Shown: positions 29,455-40,309, counted from the first letter of the stretch. The stretch: 64,000 nt of DNA from Marine Group III euryarchaeote CG-Bathy1 (GCA_001875425.1 MIYU01000019.1:763-64762), one strand, 5' to 3'. The notes: generated by a model from the sequence alone, not told the origin. Numbers and translations are program-made.

Positions 29455-32135
29455 TATTTCTTTCCTCCTATACCAACAACTCTATCAAACACTTCATCAA
29501 TATTCACACTCTGACCAGCTTTACTTTTAGTCGGATCTGTACCATCTTCTCCATATTTAGTTTGAAGAACAATACCACCACTATTCCTTACACTTCCATC
29601 ATATTTTACACGTACATCTTCAAGAGCATTAATCAATCTTCTTTGCATATATCCTGATCTAGCAGTTCTAACCGCTGTATCCACTAACCCCTCTCTTCCT
29701 CCCATAGAGTGAAAGAAATATTCCGTAGCACTTAGACCAAGCTTGTACGAAGAACGCACAAATCCTCTAGCATCTGCACCCAAATCTCCGGCTTTAAAAT
29801 GAGGTAGAGTTCTTTCTTTATATCCTCTAGCAATTCTTCCTCCTCTTACCGCTTGCTGACCAATCGACGCCGTCATTTGAGATAAATTTAACATACTTCC
29901 TCGAGCCCCTGAACGAGCCATTATGACTGCGAAATTATCATCTCTATCATTTACAAGATGCCATCCTGCTGCCGAACCCGCCTTGTCTCGTGCCTTTCCT
30001 AAAATACTCATAACCTCAATCTCTAAAGTCTCTTCTAAACTCCTACCAGCGGCTGCTTCTAATTCTCCCTTATCATAAGAAGCAACTAATTTTCCTACAG
30101 TCCTCTTAGCTTTGGTTAGTGTTTTCTCAATCTCATCTATCGCTTCTTGAGGTACATCTTCGTCATCTATGGCAGTTGTAATACCCTTTTCACTGAAAGC
30201 TGCAATAGATAATCTAGTAACTTTATCTATAAAATCACGAGCAGCATCTGCGCCTTTTAATCTTGATATTTCATCTAAAATTTGACCTTTGAAAGCAGAT
30301 ACTGAATTACCATCTACAATACCTCTTATCAATTCACCATCTACAACTTCAACAATAGTGTCTAATGCTTCATTTTCTTTTACACTTCGATCCGGCCAAT
30401 AAACAGATGATCTATATTTCAAATTCATATCATCTGGTAATAATTGTGAAAAAATCTGTTTTCCAGTCCATCTTGGTCCACCCTTATTTTCAGGTATGGC
30501 AGGTTTTGGAAGCTCTCCATAAAAATCCAACCTTGAAAGCATACGTACAGTTTGTTCCTTATCAAAACTGGTGTCTTTGAATGTTAAAAGATACAGCCCA
30601 GATATGTGGTCGTGTATGGCTCCAATAACAGCTCCACCAAATCTAGGAGATCTGATGTGTTCTTGAACTCTCATCAATATACGCGCTTCAGCACGCGCCT
30701 CTTCACTTTGTACAACATGAAGATTCATCTCATCTCCATCAAAATCAGCATTATATGGTGGACAAACACATAAATTCAATCTAAACGTCTTTCCACCCAT
30801 TATACGAATTTCATGAGCCATCATAGACATTCTATGCAAGCTAGGTTGTCGATTAAACAATACAATATCTTTATCCATTAAATGACGTTCAACTATGAAA
30901 CCAGGTTCAATTCTGTCATGATTAAATTCCCAATTTTCATCAGTTAATTTAACTCTTCTACCATCAGGTCTTATGATATAATTTATTCCAGGAACGTACC
31001 TTTCAGGATCAGTAGGTTCAAAATTTTCCTTAATCAATTCTTTCATAAATTTTAAATTATGAATATTAACTCTTATCGGTACAGTTAATTCTCTCGCTAC
31101 TAATTCAGGTACGCCAACTTCATTTATACTGATATAAGGGTCTGGAGTTATGACGGTACGTGCAGAAAAATTAACACGTTTACCGGAAAGATTGGATCTA
31201 AAACGCCCTTCTTTTCCTTTTAATCTTTGAACTATTGTTTTTAGAGGTCTACCAGATCGATGTCTCGCGGTTGGTATTCCTGCAGTTTGATTATCAAAAT
31301 AAGTTGTACAATGGTATTGTAACAGTTCCCACAAATCATCTATTATTAATTGAGGTGCTCCTGCATCTCTATTCTCTCTCAATCTTTGATTTATTCTTAA
31401 TACATCCACCAATTTATGTGTTAAATCATCTTCAGATCTTTCTCCACTATCTAAAGTTATAGAAGGTCTAACAGAGACTGGCGGTACTGGAAGAACAGTC
31501 ATAATCATATATTCTGGCCGTGTAACTCCAGGCTCAAAACCTAGAGCTCGCAAATCACTCTCAGGTATTTTCTCTAATCTAGCTCTAACTTCTTTTGGAG
31601 TAAGTTTTCTTCCCTCTTCACGGAAAGTACTAGGCTTGTCTAAAACTGTTTTAATTTGCACATCATTACAATGCGGACAAGTTTTTGATTTAGCCGCTTC
31701 TCTAACAATCTTCTTAGATAATTGTTGATGTCCTATTGTGCTTCCCGCATCTCTTTTTACTATTTGAACAATTTCATCAGAATAATCTGAGATTCTTTCT
31801 TCAGGTAGCATAAGTCTACTACATGCACCACAAGTTCCATTCAAACAATCTTTAAGCATTTTTGTATAACCAACATGAATAATTGGCATTGCAAAATCAA
31901 TATGACCAAAATGCCCAGGGCATTCGTCTAATTTTCTTCCACAAGTTTTACATCTTAATCCAGGTTCTATAACTCCTAAATGCATGTCCATTAGTCCCAT
32001 AGGTATAGGGAAACCATCATCATCATAGGTGTCTGCTGTGATTACTTTAGTTGTAGAAAGTTTACGGATTTCTTTAGGACCCATTAATGCAAACTCTATA
32101 TGTGAAATCTTTTTTGGAATGGTTGATGTGTTCAT
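29454..32135 (-). CDS. rpoA1: RNA polymerase subunit A' (Rpo1N)
   Basis: NADFDGD catalytic motif, [17 protein letters not shown]. Confidence 0.99.
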   Translation of the reverse strand: MNTSTIPKKISHIEFALMGPKEIRKLSTTKVITADTYDDDGFPIPMGLMDMHLGVIEPGLRCKTCGRKLDECPGHFGHIDFAMPIIHVGYTKMLKDCLNGTCGACSRLMLPEERISDYSDEIVQIVKRDAGSTIGHQQLSKKIVREAAKSKTCPHCNDVQIKTVLDKPSTFREEGRKLTPKEVRARLEKIPESDLRALGFEPGVTRPEYMIMTVLPVPPVSVRPSITLDSGERSEDDLTHKLVDVLRINQRLRENRDAGAPQLIIDDLWELLQYHCTTYFDNQTAGIPTARHRSGRPLKTIVQRLKGKEGRFRSNLSGKRVNFSARTVITPDPYISINEVGVPELVARELTVPIRVNIHNLKFMKELIKENFEPTDPERYVPGINYIIRPDGRRVKLTDENWEFNHDRIEPGFIVERHLMDKDIVLFNRQPSLHRMSMMAHEIRIMGGKTFRLNLCVCPPYNADFDGDEMNLHVVQSEEARAEARILMRVQEHIRSPRFGGAVIGAIHDHISGLYLLTFKDTSFDKEQTVRMLSRLDFYGELPKPAIPENKGGPRWTGKQIFSQLLPDDMNLKYRSSVYWPDRSVKENEALDTIVEVVDGELIRGIVDGNSVSAFKGQILDEISRLKGADAARDFIDKVTRLSIAAFSEKGITTAIDDEDVPQEAIDEIEKTLTKAKRTVGKLVASYDKGELEAAAGRSLEETLEIEVMSILGKARDKAGSAAGWHLVNDRDDNFAVIMARSGARGSMLNLSQMTASIGQQAVRGGRIARGYKERTLPHFKAGDLGADARGFVRSSYKLGLSATEYFFHSMGGREGLVDTAVRTARSGYMQRRLINALEDVRVKYDGSVRNSGGIVLQTKYGEDGTDPTKSKAGQSVNIDEVFDRVVGIGGKK

Positions 32136-35100
32136 GACATATCCTCCAATCTAAGCCTAGCAACAATTCCCAATGATTTCAACTCTTCAATCAATAGTTT
32201 AAACGCATAACTCATACTAACTTCATAAATCGCTAAATTCTTCTCCATAGGAGATACCAATACTCCTCTACGATCTAAATAACCAAAATGTCCAGATTCA
32301 GTATCAACACGCTGAGTTGTTTTATCAGACTCATCTAATAGTCTATCTTTAATGACCATAGATGCGCCATGTCCAATTAAACAATCCCTTTCCATTTCTC
32401 CAAATCTTAGACCACCCATACGGGCTCTTCCTTCAGTTGGCTGTCTAGTTAAGAGCTGCACAGGTCCTCTGGATCTAGCATGCATTTTACCAGAAACCAT
32501 ATGATGTAATTTTTGATAGTAAATTACACCTATGAATATATCAATGTCCAACTTTCTTCCAGTTTGACCGTCATACAATATTTCTCTTCCATTATGTCTG
32601 AATCCGGCATTCACAAGCCCCGTTCTAATATTGGTTTCGCGTTCACCTGAAAATGCACTACCATCTACAGTTCGCCCTTCCATACTACCAACCTTACCTC
32701 CTATCATTTCTAAAACATGAGCAACCGTCATACGTGAGGGTATAGCATGAGGATTAATCATCAAATCTGGCGTTATTCCACTAGCTGTGAAAGGCATACC
32801 TTCTGGAGGAACTATATGTCCAAGAACTCCCTTTTGACCATGCCTACTTGCAAATTTATCCCCTCTCTCAGGTATTCTCTGATCGCGTATTCTAATTCTA
32901 GCAATCCTAGAACCATTTTCCGTTTCAGATAGCATTACTGAGTCTACAATTCCTTTCTCATTAGGTCTTACAGTTAGTGACGATTCCCTAGATTTTTGAG
33001 GAGATAGAAAATCAGTTGGCTCCGTTAAGAACCTTGGTGGACTAGTTTTTCCAATTAAAACTTCACGACCACCTAATTCTATTTCTGGATGTATTAATCC
33101 ATCTTCTTCTAAATGAGCATATGCTTCTTCAGCACGCGCTCCTCTAACTTCAGGTCCAGGTATACTAAATCTATCTTCTTGACCACCAGGGTATCTTCGT
33201 TCTTCAGCATCATATGTTCTAAGGAATGAAGACCTACCTAATCCCCTGTCTATTGCTCCTCTACTTATGACAATCGCATCTTCCATATTGTATCCTTGGT
33301 ACGACATAACTGCAACAACCATATTCTGACCAGCAGGTCTGGTTGTTAGTGAATTATATTTCATTGCCTCTGTTTGAACTAGAGGAACTTGAGGGTAATG
33401 TAGCATATGTCCTCTGGTGTCCGGTCTAAGTCTGTAATTAGATTGCCCCAATCCCAACGACTGTTTTGACATACCTGCACCCATCGTAGCTCGAGGTGAC
33501 GAATTGTGTTCTGGAAACGGAACGTTAGAAGTTGCAACACCCAATATCACCATCGGATCAATTTCTAGATGTGTATAATCATGGGTTTTCTTATTACCCT
33601 TTAACTGTTCTTCATTAATCGCTATTAAACAATCTTCTTCTTCTTCAGCATCAATATATTCTACGAGTCCTTCATCCAGTAAATCATTCCATTCGATTTC
33701 ACGACTTTCAAGTCGCTTGATTACTTTCTCTGTAATCAGGAGTTTGTTTCGTCTATCAACAACAAGTAAAGGCCTTCGTATTCTTCCAGGATCACTATTA
33801 ATCATAACATCATTCATATTTTTTTCATGTCTTACATTTACCACATTGTTCAATACACCACGTCTTCTTGATTCTCTAATACTCGAAACCAACTCTTTTG
33901 GATCGCTATGAACACCAATTAAATCTCCATTCACGTACACTTTACCCATTTTCTCATTTAATTCTTCAATGTCTTTCAGACCTAATCTATTCAACGTTTC
34001 TAAAATCTCTATTTGCATAAAGTTCTCAGAAACATCAACAACTAAAGCAAGATTTTTGACCAAACCACAATTCTGACCTTCAGGAGTTTCATTAGGACAC
34101 AATCTACCAAACTGAGTCGAATGCAAATCACGCGCTTCGAAATGAGGCTGAGATCTCGTAAGAGGCGAAATCACTCTACGTAAATGACTCAAGGTAGACA
34201 TATTACAAGTACGATCTAACAATTGTGAAATACCAGCTCTTCCCCCAGTCCAATTTCCAGTTGCCATTGCATGCATTATTCTATTCGTTAATACATCACG
34301 ACGAATAGAGCTGTGTACTTTTCCTTCTCTTCGTTTTAGATAGGATCTCTCTAATTGATATTTCAAATCATTTAGAAGGGCTTGTAACCCTGAACGGAAT
34401 AATTCTTCCATCAAATTTCCAGCAAGTTTCAATCTCTTATTCGCATAATGATCTTTGTCATCAGGTACTCTTTCTCCTAAGTGTAATTCTAAAACTTCTC
34501 TAGCCATACGTCCCAAGAAAACAGCTTTCTTCTTACGAGCTTCAGGATTAGTACTCAAATGAGGTAATAATATATTATCTAATATGTAATTTACACGATT
34601 CTCTCTATATTCTTTTGATTGACCAGCAGCAAATCTACGTTCTAATAGTTCACGTGCTTCTTCAGTTGTAAAAATTCCTTCAGCATTATGGGCTTCTTCA
34701 ATATTCGCTAAAATTAAATTGCGCATTATTTCCTTACCGGTTATATTTTGCATTATTTCATCAGCCGAATCAATTCCTAAAGCCATCATTAATACAACTA
34801 GAGGCACTTGTCCAGAAGCAACTGGTATTGACACATTCAAAATACCATCCTTTTTTCGTTCAACTACTGTTAATGCTCTGAAACCTTCTCTTTGAGAGAA
34901 AACTTTAGCCAGCTCGGTCCGTCTTTGATATCTTTCTTCATATTCTACCATTACACGATTAGGTGCTAAATCCTCTAAACAGACTAATACTCTTTCAGTA
35001 CCATTAATAATGAAATATCCTCCAGGATCTTGTGGGTCTTCTTTATTTTCGCACAATGCATTTGCATATTCTTCATCGCCGGTCCCTTCTCCAGTAAGAT

Positions 35101-35557
35101 TATGTCTGTGTAAGTTGCATGCAATGGATTTAACCATTACAGGTAAGGTTCCTATTTCACAAGCTTCCTTTTCATCTATAAGTATTCCATCTTCATAAGT
35201 TTCAAATTCTAAATATATCGGCGCAGCATATGTTAATCTACGCAATCTCGCCATCATAGGTGTAGAATCAGACGCTGAACCATTAGCTTCATGCACTCTT
35301 GGAGTTCCAAGAGAAATTTTACCAAGTTTAATAATAATTTCTTGGTCTCCTAATTCCAATCTTATCTGACCAGCTTGTTGTTCTACTGCTCCAACAGTTA
35401 TCCCATCAACAACTCGTTGCATCCAAGACATGTCATTTTTATCATGAGGTATAAAATCGTTGAAAGAACCGAGTTGATGATTAACTAATGCTGCAGTTTT
35501 TCCAGAAATACTTCTACTCTTAAAGAATGACTCAATTAATTTTCTATTTTTATTCAT
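32132..35557 (-). CDS. rpoB: RNA polymerase subunit B (unsplit Rpo2)
   Basis: GGYFIINGTERV, GDKFASRHGQKG, GGLRFGEMERD. Confidence 0.99.
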   Translation of the reverse strand: MNKNRKLIESFFKSRSISGKTAALVNHQLGSFNDFIPHDKNDMSWMQRVVDGITVGAVEQQAGQIRLELGDQEIIIKLGKISLGTPRVHEANGSASDSTPMMARLRRLTYAAPIYLEFETYEDGILIDEKEACEIGTLPVMVKSIACNLHRHNLTGEGTGDEEYANALCENKEDPQDPGGYFIINGTERVLVCLEDLAPNRVMVEYEERYQRRTELAKVFSQREGFRALTVVERKKDGILNVSIPVASGQVPLVVLMMALGIDSADEIMQNITGKEIMRNLILANIEEAHNAEGIFTTEEARELLERRFAAGQSKEYRENRVNYILDNILLPHLSTNPEARKKKAVFLGRMAREVLELHLGERVPDDKDHYANKRLKLAGNLMEELFRSGLQALLNDLKYQLERSYLKRREGKVHSSIRRDVLTNRIMHAMATGNWTGGRAGISQLLDRTCNMSTLSHLRRVISPLTRSQPHFEARDLHSTQFGRLCPNETPEGQNCGLVKNLALVVDVSENFMQIEILETLNRLGLKDIEELNEKMGKVYVNGDLIGVHSDPKELVSSIRESRRRGVLNNVVNVRHEKNMNDVMINSDPGRIRRPLLVVDRRNKLLITEKVIKRLESREIEWNDLLDEGLVEYIDAEEEEDCLIAINEEQLKGNKKTHDYTHLEIDPMVILGVATSNVPFPEHNSSPRATMGAGMSKQSLGLGQSNYRLRPDTRGHMLHYPQVPLVQTEAMKYNSLTTRPAGQNMVVAVMSYQGYNMEDAIVISRGAIDRGLGRSSFLRTYDAEERRYPGGQEDRFSIPGPEVRGARAEEAYAHLEEDGLIHPEIELGGREVLIGKTSPPRFLTEPTDFLSPQKSRESSLTVRPNEKGIVDSVMLSETENGSRIARIRIRDQRIPERGDKFASRHGQKGVLGHIVPPEGMPFTASGITPDLMINPHAIPSRMTVAHVLEMIGGKVGSMEGRTVDGSAFSGERETNIRTGLVNAGFRHNGREILYDGQTGRKLDIDIFIGVIYYQKLHHMVSGKMHARSRGPVQLLTRQPTEGRARMGGLRFGEMERDCLIGHGASMVIKDRLLDESDKTTQRVDTESGHFGYLDRRGVLVSPMEKNLAIYEVSMSYAFKLLIEELKSLGIVARLRLEDMS

Positions 35558-35799
35558 TAACCTACCACCTGTCTGTAACTTACGTACACACCGGCGGTGT
35601 GACTTTTCCTCGTAATTTCGATAACATCTCCGGCTTTAATATCTTCTGAAAGAGCCTTGATGGCAGGATCTGTCAATAGTATTTTCATCAATTCATTACG
35701 TGTTATTTTCATAGATTCGAGTTTGGCTACAATCTCCTCTTCAGGTACGTACCGATGTTTCGGAACGAGATGGTGTTGCCAAATCTCTTCATCATTCAT
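35557..35799 (-). CDS. rpoH: RNA polymerase subunit H (Rpo5)
   Basis: HHLVPKH, DP, GDVIEITRKS.TAG. Confidence 0.96.
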   Translation of the reverse strand: MNDEEIWQHHLVPKHRYVPEEEIVAKLESMKITRNELMKILLTDPAIKALSEDIKAGDVIEITRKSHTAGVYVSYRQVVG

Positions 35800-35870
35800 A
35801 TATTAAAATCCTCAATTGTGGTGGTTTTTGGGGGGTGGTTGGTGAGTAACTACATACGGCGATTGGGCGG

Positions 35871-35947
35871 TGGCGGGCCTGCAGGGATTCGAACCCTGGG
35901 CCGTCCGGTTAAAAGCCGGACGCTCTACCTAGCTGAGCTACAGGCCC
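35871..35947 (-). tRNA. tRNA-Lys(TTT)
   Basis: GGGCCTG...CAGGCCC-G-CCA; anticodon arm TCCGG-CTTTTAA-CCGGA; GTTCGAATC. Confidence 0.97.
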
Positions 35948-36128
35948 CTAACCGACATAACGCACTCTACCCTGCCGTACGCTGTCCGGAAAGCCGTTTA
36001 CGTCGCGGTAGGTATATAATGACTTCGTTAGAAGCAACGCATCATAACATCCCAACCTCTAGTTAAAAAGAAAACCCATCAATTATCGGCCGTAGTTCTC
36101 TTAATATCTGGCTTACTACTATGTCTAG

Positions 36129-37109
36129 ATGCCTAGTTTAAACACCCTTAAACCTTATTTTTTAAAAGCCACTGAAGAGGCGGCAATAGCAAGTGCATTG
36201 TGGAGGGGCAAGGGAGATAGAAAAGCTGCTGATGCAGCAGCCGTAAAAGCAATGCGTCAAGTTTTTGACGACGTCCCCTTCGATGGAAAAGTAGCTATCG
36301 GTGAAGGTGAACGGGACGAAGCACCAATGCTGTACATAGGTGAACAACTGGGAAAAAACGTCAATAATCCTAACGTTCCTCAAGTGGATATAGCAGTAGA
36401 TCCTTTGGAATGTACAAACCATTGCGCATTAGACAAACCAAATGCAATCGCCGTATTGGCAGCAGCTCCACGAGGAACTTTACTCAATGCTCCTGATTGT
36501 TACATGGATAAAATAGCAGGTCCTCCTGAATTAGTTGGTGAAATTAGTTTAGAAGCCTCGGTAGAGGCGAACGTTGAATCTGCCGCAAAAGCACTTGATA
36601 AAAAAATAGAAGATTTAACAGTAACTTTTATGGATCGTTCTAGGCATGACGATTTAAGAAAACGTCTAAAATCAATGAATGTCAACATTGCACCGATAGG
36701 TGATGGAGACGTTTCCGCTTCAATTTTTGCTGCCAATCCTAAACATTCTGTCGATATGTTAATGGGCATCGGCGCAGCTCCAGAAGGAGTAATCTCAGCC
36801 GTTGCAATTTTAGGTATGGGGGGTGTTTTTGAAGGACAATTAAAATTCCAAGTATCTTCAGATGTGGGTATGGATCTACAAAATGAACAATATGAAAGAG
36901 CACGTAAGATGGTGTCTGGCGATTTAGATAAAATTAGATCAGCTGATGAATTATGCACCAGTAGAGATTCATTGTTCGTAGCCACCGGCGTCTGCTCAGG
37001 ATATCTTCCAGGCGTTGTTTTTAACAAAAATTCCGTTATTACTGAATCACATATCATCGATGTTCATTCCGGTCAACAAGAATATCCAAAAACCACCAGA
37101 GAGTTTTAA
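36129..37109 (+). CDS. glpX: Fructose-1,6-bisphosphatase class II
   Basis: ADAAAV, IGEGERDEAPMLYIGE, DIAVDPLE, DGDV, GAAPEGV. Confidence 0.95.
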   Translation: MPSLNTLKPYFLKATEEAAIASALWRGKGDRKAADAAAVKAMRQVFDDVPFDGKVAIGEGERDEAPMLYIGEQLGKNVNNPNVPQVDIAVDPLECTNHCALDKPNAIAVLAAAPRGTLLNAPDCYMDKIAGPPELVGEISLEASVEANVESAAKALDKKIEDLTVTFMDRSRHDDLRKRLKSMNVNIAPIGDGDVSASIFAANPKHSVDMLMGIGAAPEGVISAVAILGMGGVFEGQLKFQVSSDVGMDLQNEQYERARKMVSGDLDKIRSADELCTSRDSLFVATGVCSGYLPGVVFNKNSVITESHIIDVHSGQQEYPKTTREF

Positions 37110-37151
37110 TTGAAAGCATAATCTTATTTTTCAAAGCTAAATAGGAGTTTC

Positions 37152-38162
37152 ATGGACACACAACTTTTGGAAGGGACGGTGAATGCTATAGTGGCTCCAG
37201 GTAAAGGAATCTTAGCAGCAGATGAGAGTACACCAACTATGGGCAGTCGCTTATCTCAGGTAGGCGCAGAAAACACCGAAAACAATAGACGGGATTTTCG
37301 AGAACTCTTATTCACTACTGAAGGTATGGAAGAAAATGTTTCCGGAGTTATTTTATTTGATGAAACATTACGTCAACAAAGTGCAGACGCAGGCACTCTA
37401 ACTGATAATTTAATCAAAAAAGGAGTTATACCTGGTATCAAAGTAGACAAAGGCGCTAAGAATTTAGCCAATAGCTCTAATGAAAAAATAACAGAAGGTC
37501 TAGATGGGCTCCGTGACAGATTAAATGAATATTTTGATTTGGGTGCACGCTTCGATAAATGGCGCGCAGTCATAACTATCGGAGAAAGAATCCCTACTGA
37601 CTATTGTATAGATGCAAATGCACATGCATTGGCTAGGTATTCAGCTCTTTCACAGGAAGCAGGCCTTGTACCTATCGTGGAACCAGAAGTTCTTATGACA
37701 GGTAATCATTCTATCGAAACTTGCTACGAAGTAACAAAGAAAACATTGAATTCAACATTCACTGAATTACAAGCCCAGGGCGTTCATTTACCAGGCATAT
37801 TACTTAAGCCAAATATGGTTATTTCAGGTTTGGATTGCCCTACACAAGCAGGCCCTGACGAAGTAGCAGAGCAAACAATTAAGTGTTTTACAGAATGCGT
37901 CCCCTCTGACGTCAACGGTATTGTTTTTCTATCTGGCGGTCAAACGAGTATAGAGGCAACAGACCATCTCAGCCGTATGAATTCTATGGGACCGCATCCA
38001 TGGGAACTTAGTTTTTCTTATGGTAGGGCATTACAACATGATCCATTAATGACTTGGAACGGTAGTAATGAGAATAAAGGAATCGCCCAAGAAACGTTTC
38101 TAAAACGCGCTAAATTGAACGGCTTAGCAAGATACGGTAATTATAATACAGATATGGAATAA
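37152..38162 (+). CDS. Fructose-bisphosphate aldolase class I (eukaryote/bacterial type)
   Basis: GKGILAADES, GIKVDKG, KWRAV, VPIVEPEV, LLKPNMV, FLSGGQ, FSYGRALQ. Confidence 0.96.
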   Translation: MDTQLLEGTVNAIVAPGKGILAADESTPTMGSRLSQVGAENTENNRRDFRELLFTTEGMEENVSGVILFDETLRQQSADAGTLTDNLIKKGVIPGIKVDKGAKNLANSSNEKITEGLDGLRDRLNEYFDLGARFDKWRAVITIGERIPTDYCIDANAHALARYSALSQEAGLVPIVEPEVLMTGNHSIETCYEVTKKTLNSTFTELQAQGVHLPGILLKPNMVISGLDCPTQAGPDEVAEQTIKCFTECVPSDVNGIVFLSGGQTSIEATDHLSRMNSMGPHPWELSFSYGRALQHDPLMTWNGSNENKGIAQETFLKRAKLNGLARYGNYNTDME

Positions 38163-38163
38163 A

Positions 38164-38943
38164 CTATTCCATTTCTAACAATACTTTACTGGAATCTTTA
38201 ATCAAACCAACAGACCATTTCGCTATAACAATACCACCTATCATTCCTACTATGGGGTCTAACATTTCTAAACCAAACATCATACCCATCAGAAGCGCAA
38301 AAATCACAAAGATAGATATTAACGCATCAGAAAGAACGTGCAGATATGCACCTCTTAGATTTAAATCGTCTATATTTTTAGAATCAGTCAACCACCCTCC
38401 AAAAGTATTCAAAACTTGATTAAAATCTTCTAAATATTCTCCAACAATTCCTTCTTTTTCGGAATTAAATTCATGAGTGTGATGTTCATGATGTGTATGC
38501 CCATGATGGTGCCCGTCACCTAATATGTGGGCGCAATATAGATTCACAACAAGCCCTACGATCGCCACTAGTATTGCTTCTTCATATCCAATCGGTTCTG
38601 GGCTACTCAAACGCATCAAAGCCTCCCATCCAATATACAGTGCAACAATAAACAGTACAATCGCACTTGCAAAACCACCAAGCGCATTCACCTGCTCAGT
38701 TTTTTCTGGATTATCTTTAATATCTGAATTCGTCCTAGCGAAATAATAAGCATACAGAGTAATTCCCAATGCTGCTGCATGGGTGCCCATATGCAGTCCA
38801 TCGGCAAGCAATGCAATTGAATTGTATACAACTCCGGTCCCGATTTCTATAACCATCATAACAAGAGTTATGATTACAACAATTTTGGTTCTCTTTTCTC
38901 CATCATTTTCATGCGTATGGTTGGATTGAAGTGGTTGATGCAT
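38164..38943 (-). CDS. CDF family cation efflux protein (DmeF-like), His-rich loop, no C-terminal domain
   Basis: ALLADGLHMGTH, HHHGHTHHEHHTH, NLRGAYLHVLSD. Confidence 0.88.
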   Translation of the reverse strand: MHQPLQSNHTHENDGEKRTKIVVIITLVMMVIEIGTGVVYNSIALLADGLHMGTHAAALGITLYAYYFARTNSDIKDNPEKTEQVNALGGFASAIVLFIVALYIGWEALMRLSSPEPIGYEEAILVAIVGLVVNLYCAHILGDGHHHGHTHHEHHTHEFNSEKEGIVGEYLEDFNQVLNTFGGWLTDSKNIDDLNLRGAYLHVLSDALISIFVIFALLMGMMFGLEMLDPIVGMIGGIVIAKWSVGLIKDSSKVLLEME

Positions 38944-39099
38944 TAATCTTCCATCTCCCTACTTTCCTTATTAAAATTATCCTGCTAAATCTATAGCTTT
39001 GTCAAATTTCAGCGTGTACGCTACGAAGAAAAAACTCATTTGTATGCACACTGTCAGTAACAGTGAAATCAAAATCAAATGTTCGTCGTTTTCTACTAC

Positions 39100-39354
39100 T
39101 TAATCTTCTCGAGGTTTTGCCTCGTTAACTTTCAACTCTCTGCCATCAGCATCGTGGCCATTTAATGCCTCGATAGCTGCGCCAGCTTCGTCTGCAGTTG
39201 CCATTTCGACAAACCCAAATCCACGGCTTCTGCCGCTCATACGGTCTACAATAACTTTTGCAGACGTCACTTCACCGTGCTCTCCGAAGAGTTCACTCAA
39301 CTTACCATCGTCCATGGACCACGGCAAATTTCCTACATAGATGTTCTTACTCAT
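39100..39354 (-). CDS. Single-RRM RNA-binding protein
   Basis: RNP2 IYVGNL, RNP1 RGFGFVEM, LKVNEAKPR; start placed at MSKN. Confidence 0.94.
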   Translation of the reverse strand: MSKNIYVGNLPWSMDDGKLSELFGEHGEVTSAKVIVDRMSGRSRGFGFVEMATADEAGAAIEALNGHDADGRELKVNEAKPRED

Positions 39355-39440
39355 TTCTATCAAACCTTCCTTGTTACCAAGGTGACCGTTCAGAAGCCCC
39401 CCTTCTTAAAGATTATCGTTAAGTTTAAGTTCCGTTATTA

Positions 39441-40271
39441 TTATAATTCTACACCCAAAACAAATGCTAATATCGCTACACCCATCCCCTGCTTAATCAT
39501 TTTTTGACCTTTGAAATATTCACCATTTTTAGCACTATATATTCCATATAACATCATAATATTAGCTAGAGTTACAACGGCCAAATATCTTATCTGTCCA
39601 TCCCCAGTAAATTTACTATATACTCCATATGATAGAATAATTGCGATGAGCAAAAACCCTCCTCCAAAATTCAAAGCACGTTCCACACCAACCTTACTCG
39701 GCAAAGTATCACGATCAGTATCTCCTTCTAAATCTTGTACATCTTTTACAATTTCTCTACTTATAGTTGCTAAAACTGCAAGTCCAAATATCCACATTGT
39801 TTTTTCTGAATGACCTACAACAACACCTGCATAGAGAAAAACGGAACCGGATAAAATCCCAATAACAACATTCCCCGGCAATCCTGCAGCTTTCATTGAA
39901 TTTTCATACATAATTAACAAACAAACCCCTCCTAAAGCAATAGCAAACGGTACTGCATCATCTAATTTAGATACTAAAATCAACAATCCAATTAACAACA
40001 AACTTTTAGCATAGAGTATTGCACTTTCTTCACTTACTCTTCCTGAAGGAAGTGGACGATTCGGATGATTTTTCCTATCAGTTTTTCTATCATTATAATC
40101 GTTTAATGCATTTCCGCCACCAACCAACATCATACTGCAAAGTATCGCTATTTCTAACTCATCTCGATACTCAGCAATGTCGCGTCCAACGGCTACAAAG
40201 GCACCGACAAAAACAGCGCATGCAACTAAAATCACATTCCCCGGGCGTAGCAATTGTAGATAAGCTAACAC
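39441..40271 (-). CDS. UbiA family prenyltransferase, probable digeranylgeranylglyceryl phosphate synthase
   Basis: LLRPGN, NDYNDRKTD..NHPNRPLPSG, REIVKDVQDLEGD. Confidence 0.9.
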   Translation of the reverse strand: MLAYLQLLRPGNVILVACAVFVGAFVAVGRDIAEYRDELEIAILCSMMLVGGGNALNDYNDRKTDRKNHPNRPLPSGRVSEESAILYAKSLLLIGLLILVSKLDDAVPFAIALGGVCLLIMYENSMKAAGLPGNVVIGILSGSVFLYAGVVVGHSEKTMWIFGLAVLATISREIVKDVQDLEGDTDRDTLPSKVGVERALNFGGGFLLIAIILSYGVYSKFTGDGQIRYLAVVTLANIMMLYGIYSAKNGEYFKGQKMIKQGMGVAILAFVLGVEL

Positions 40272-40309
40272 AAGCCTGAAGCTTCACCCATTGTTAAAAG
40301 AAAACCCCT

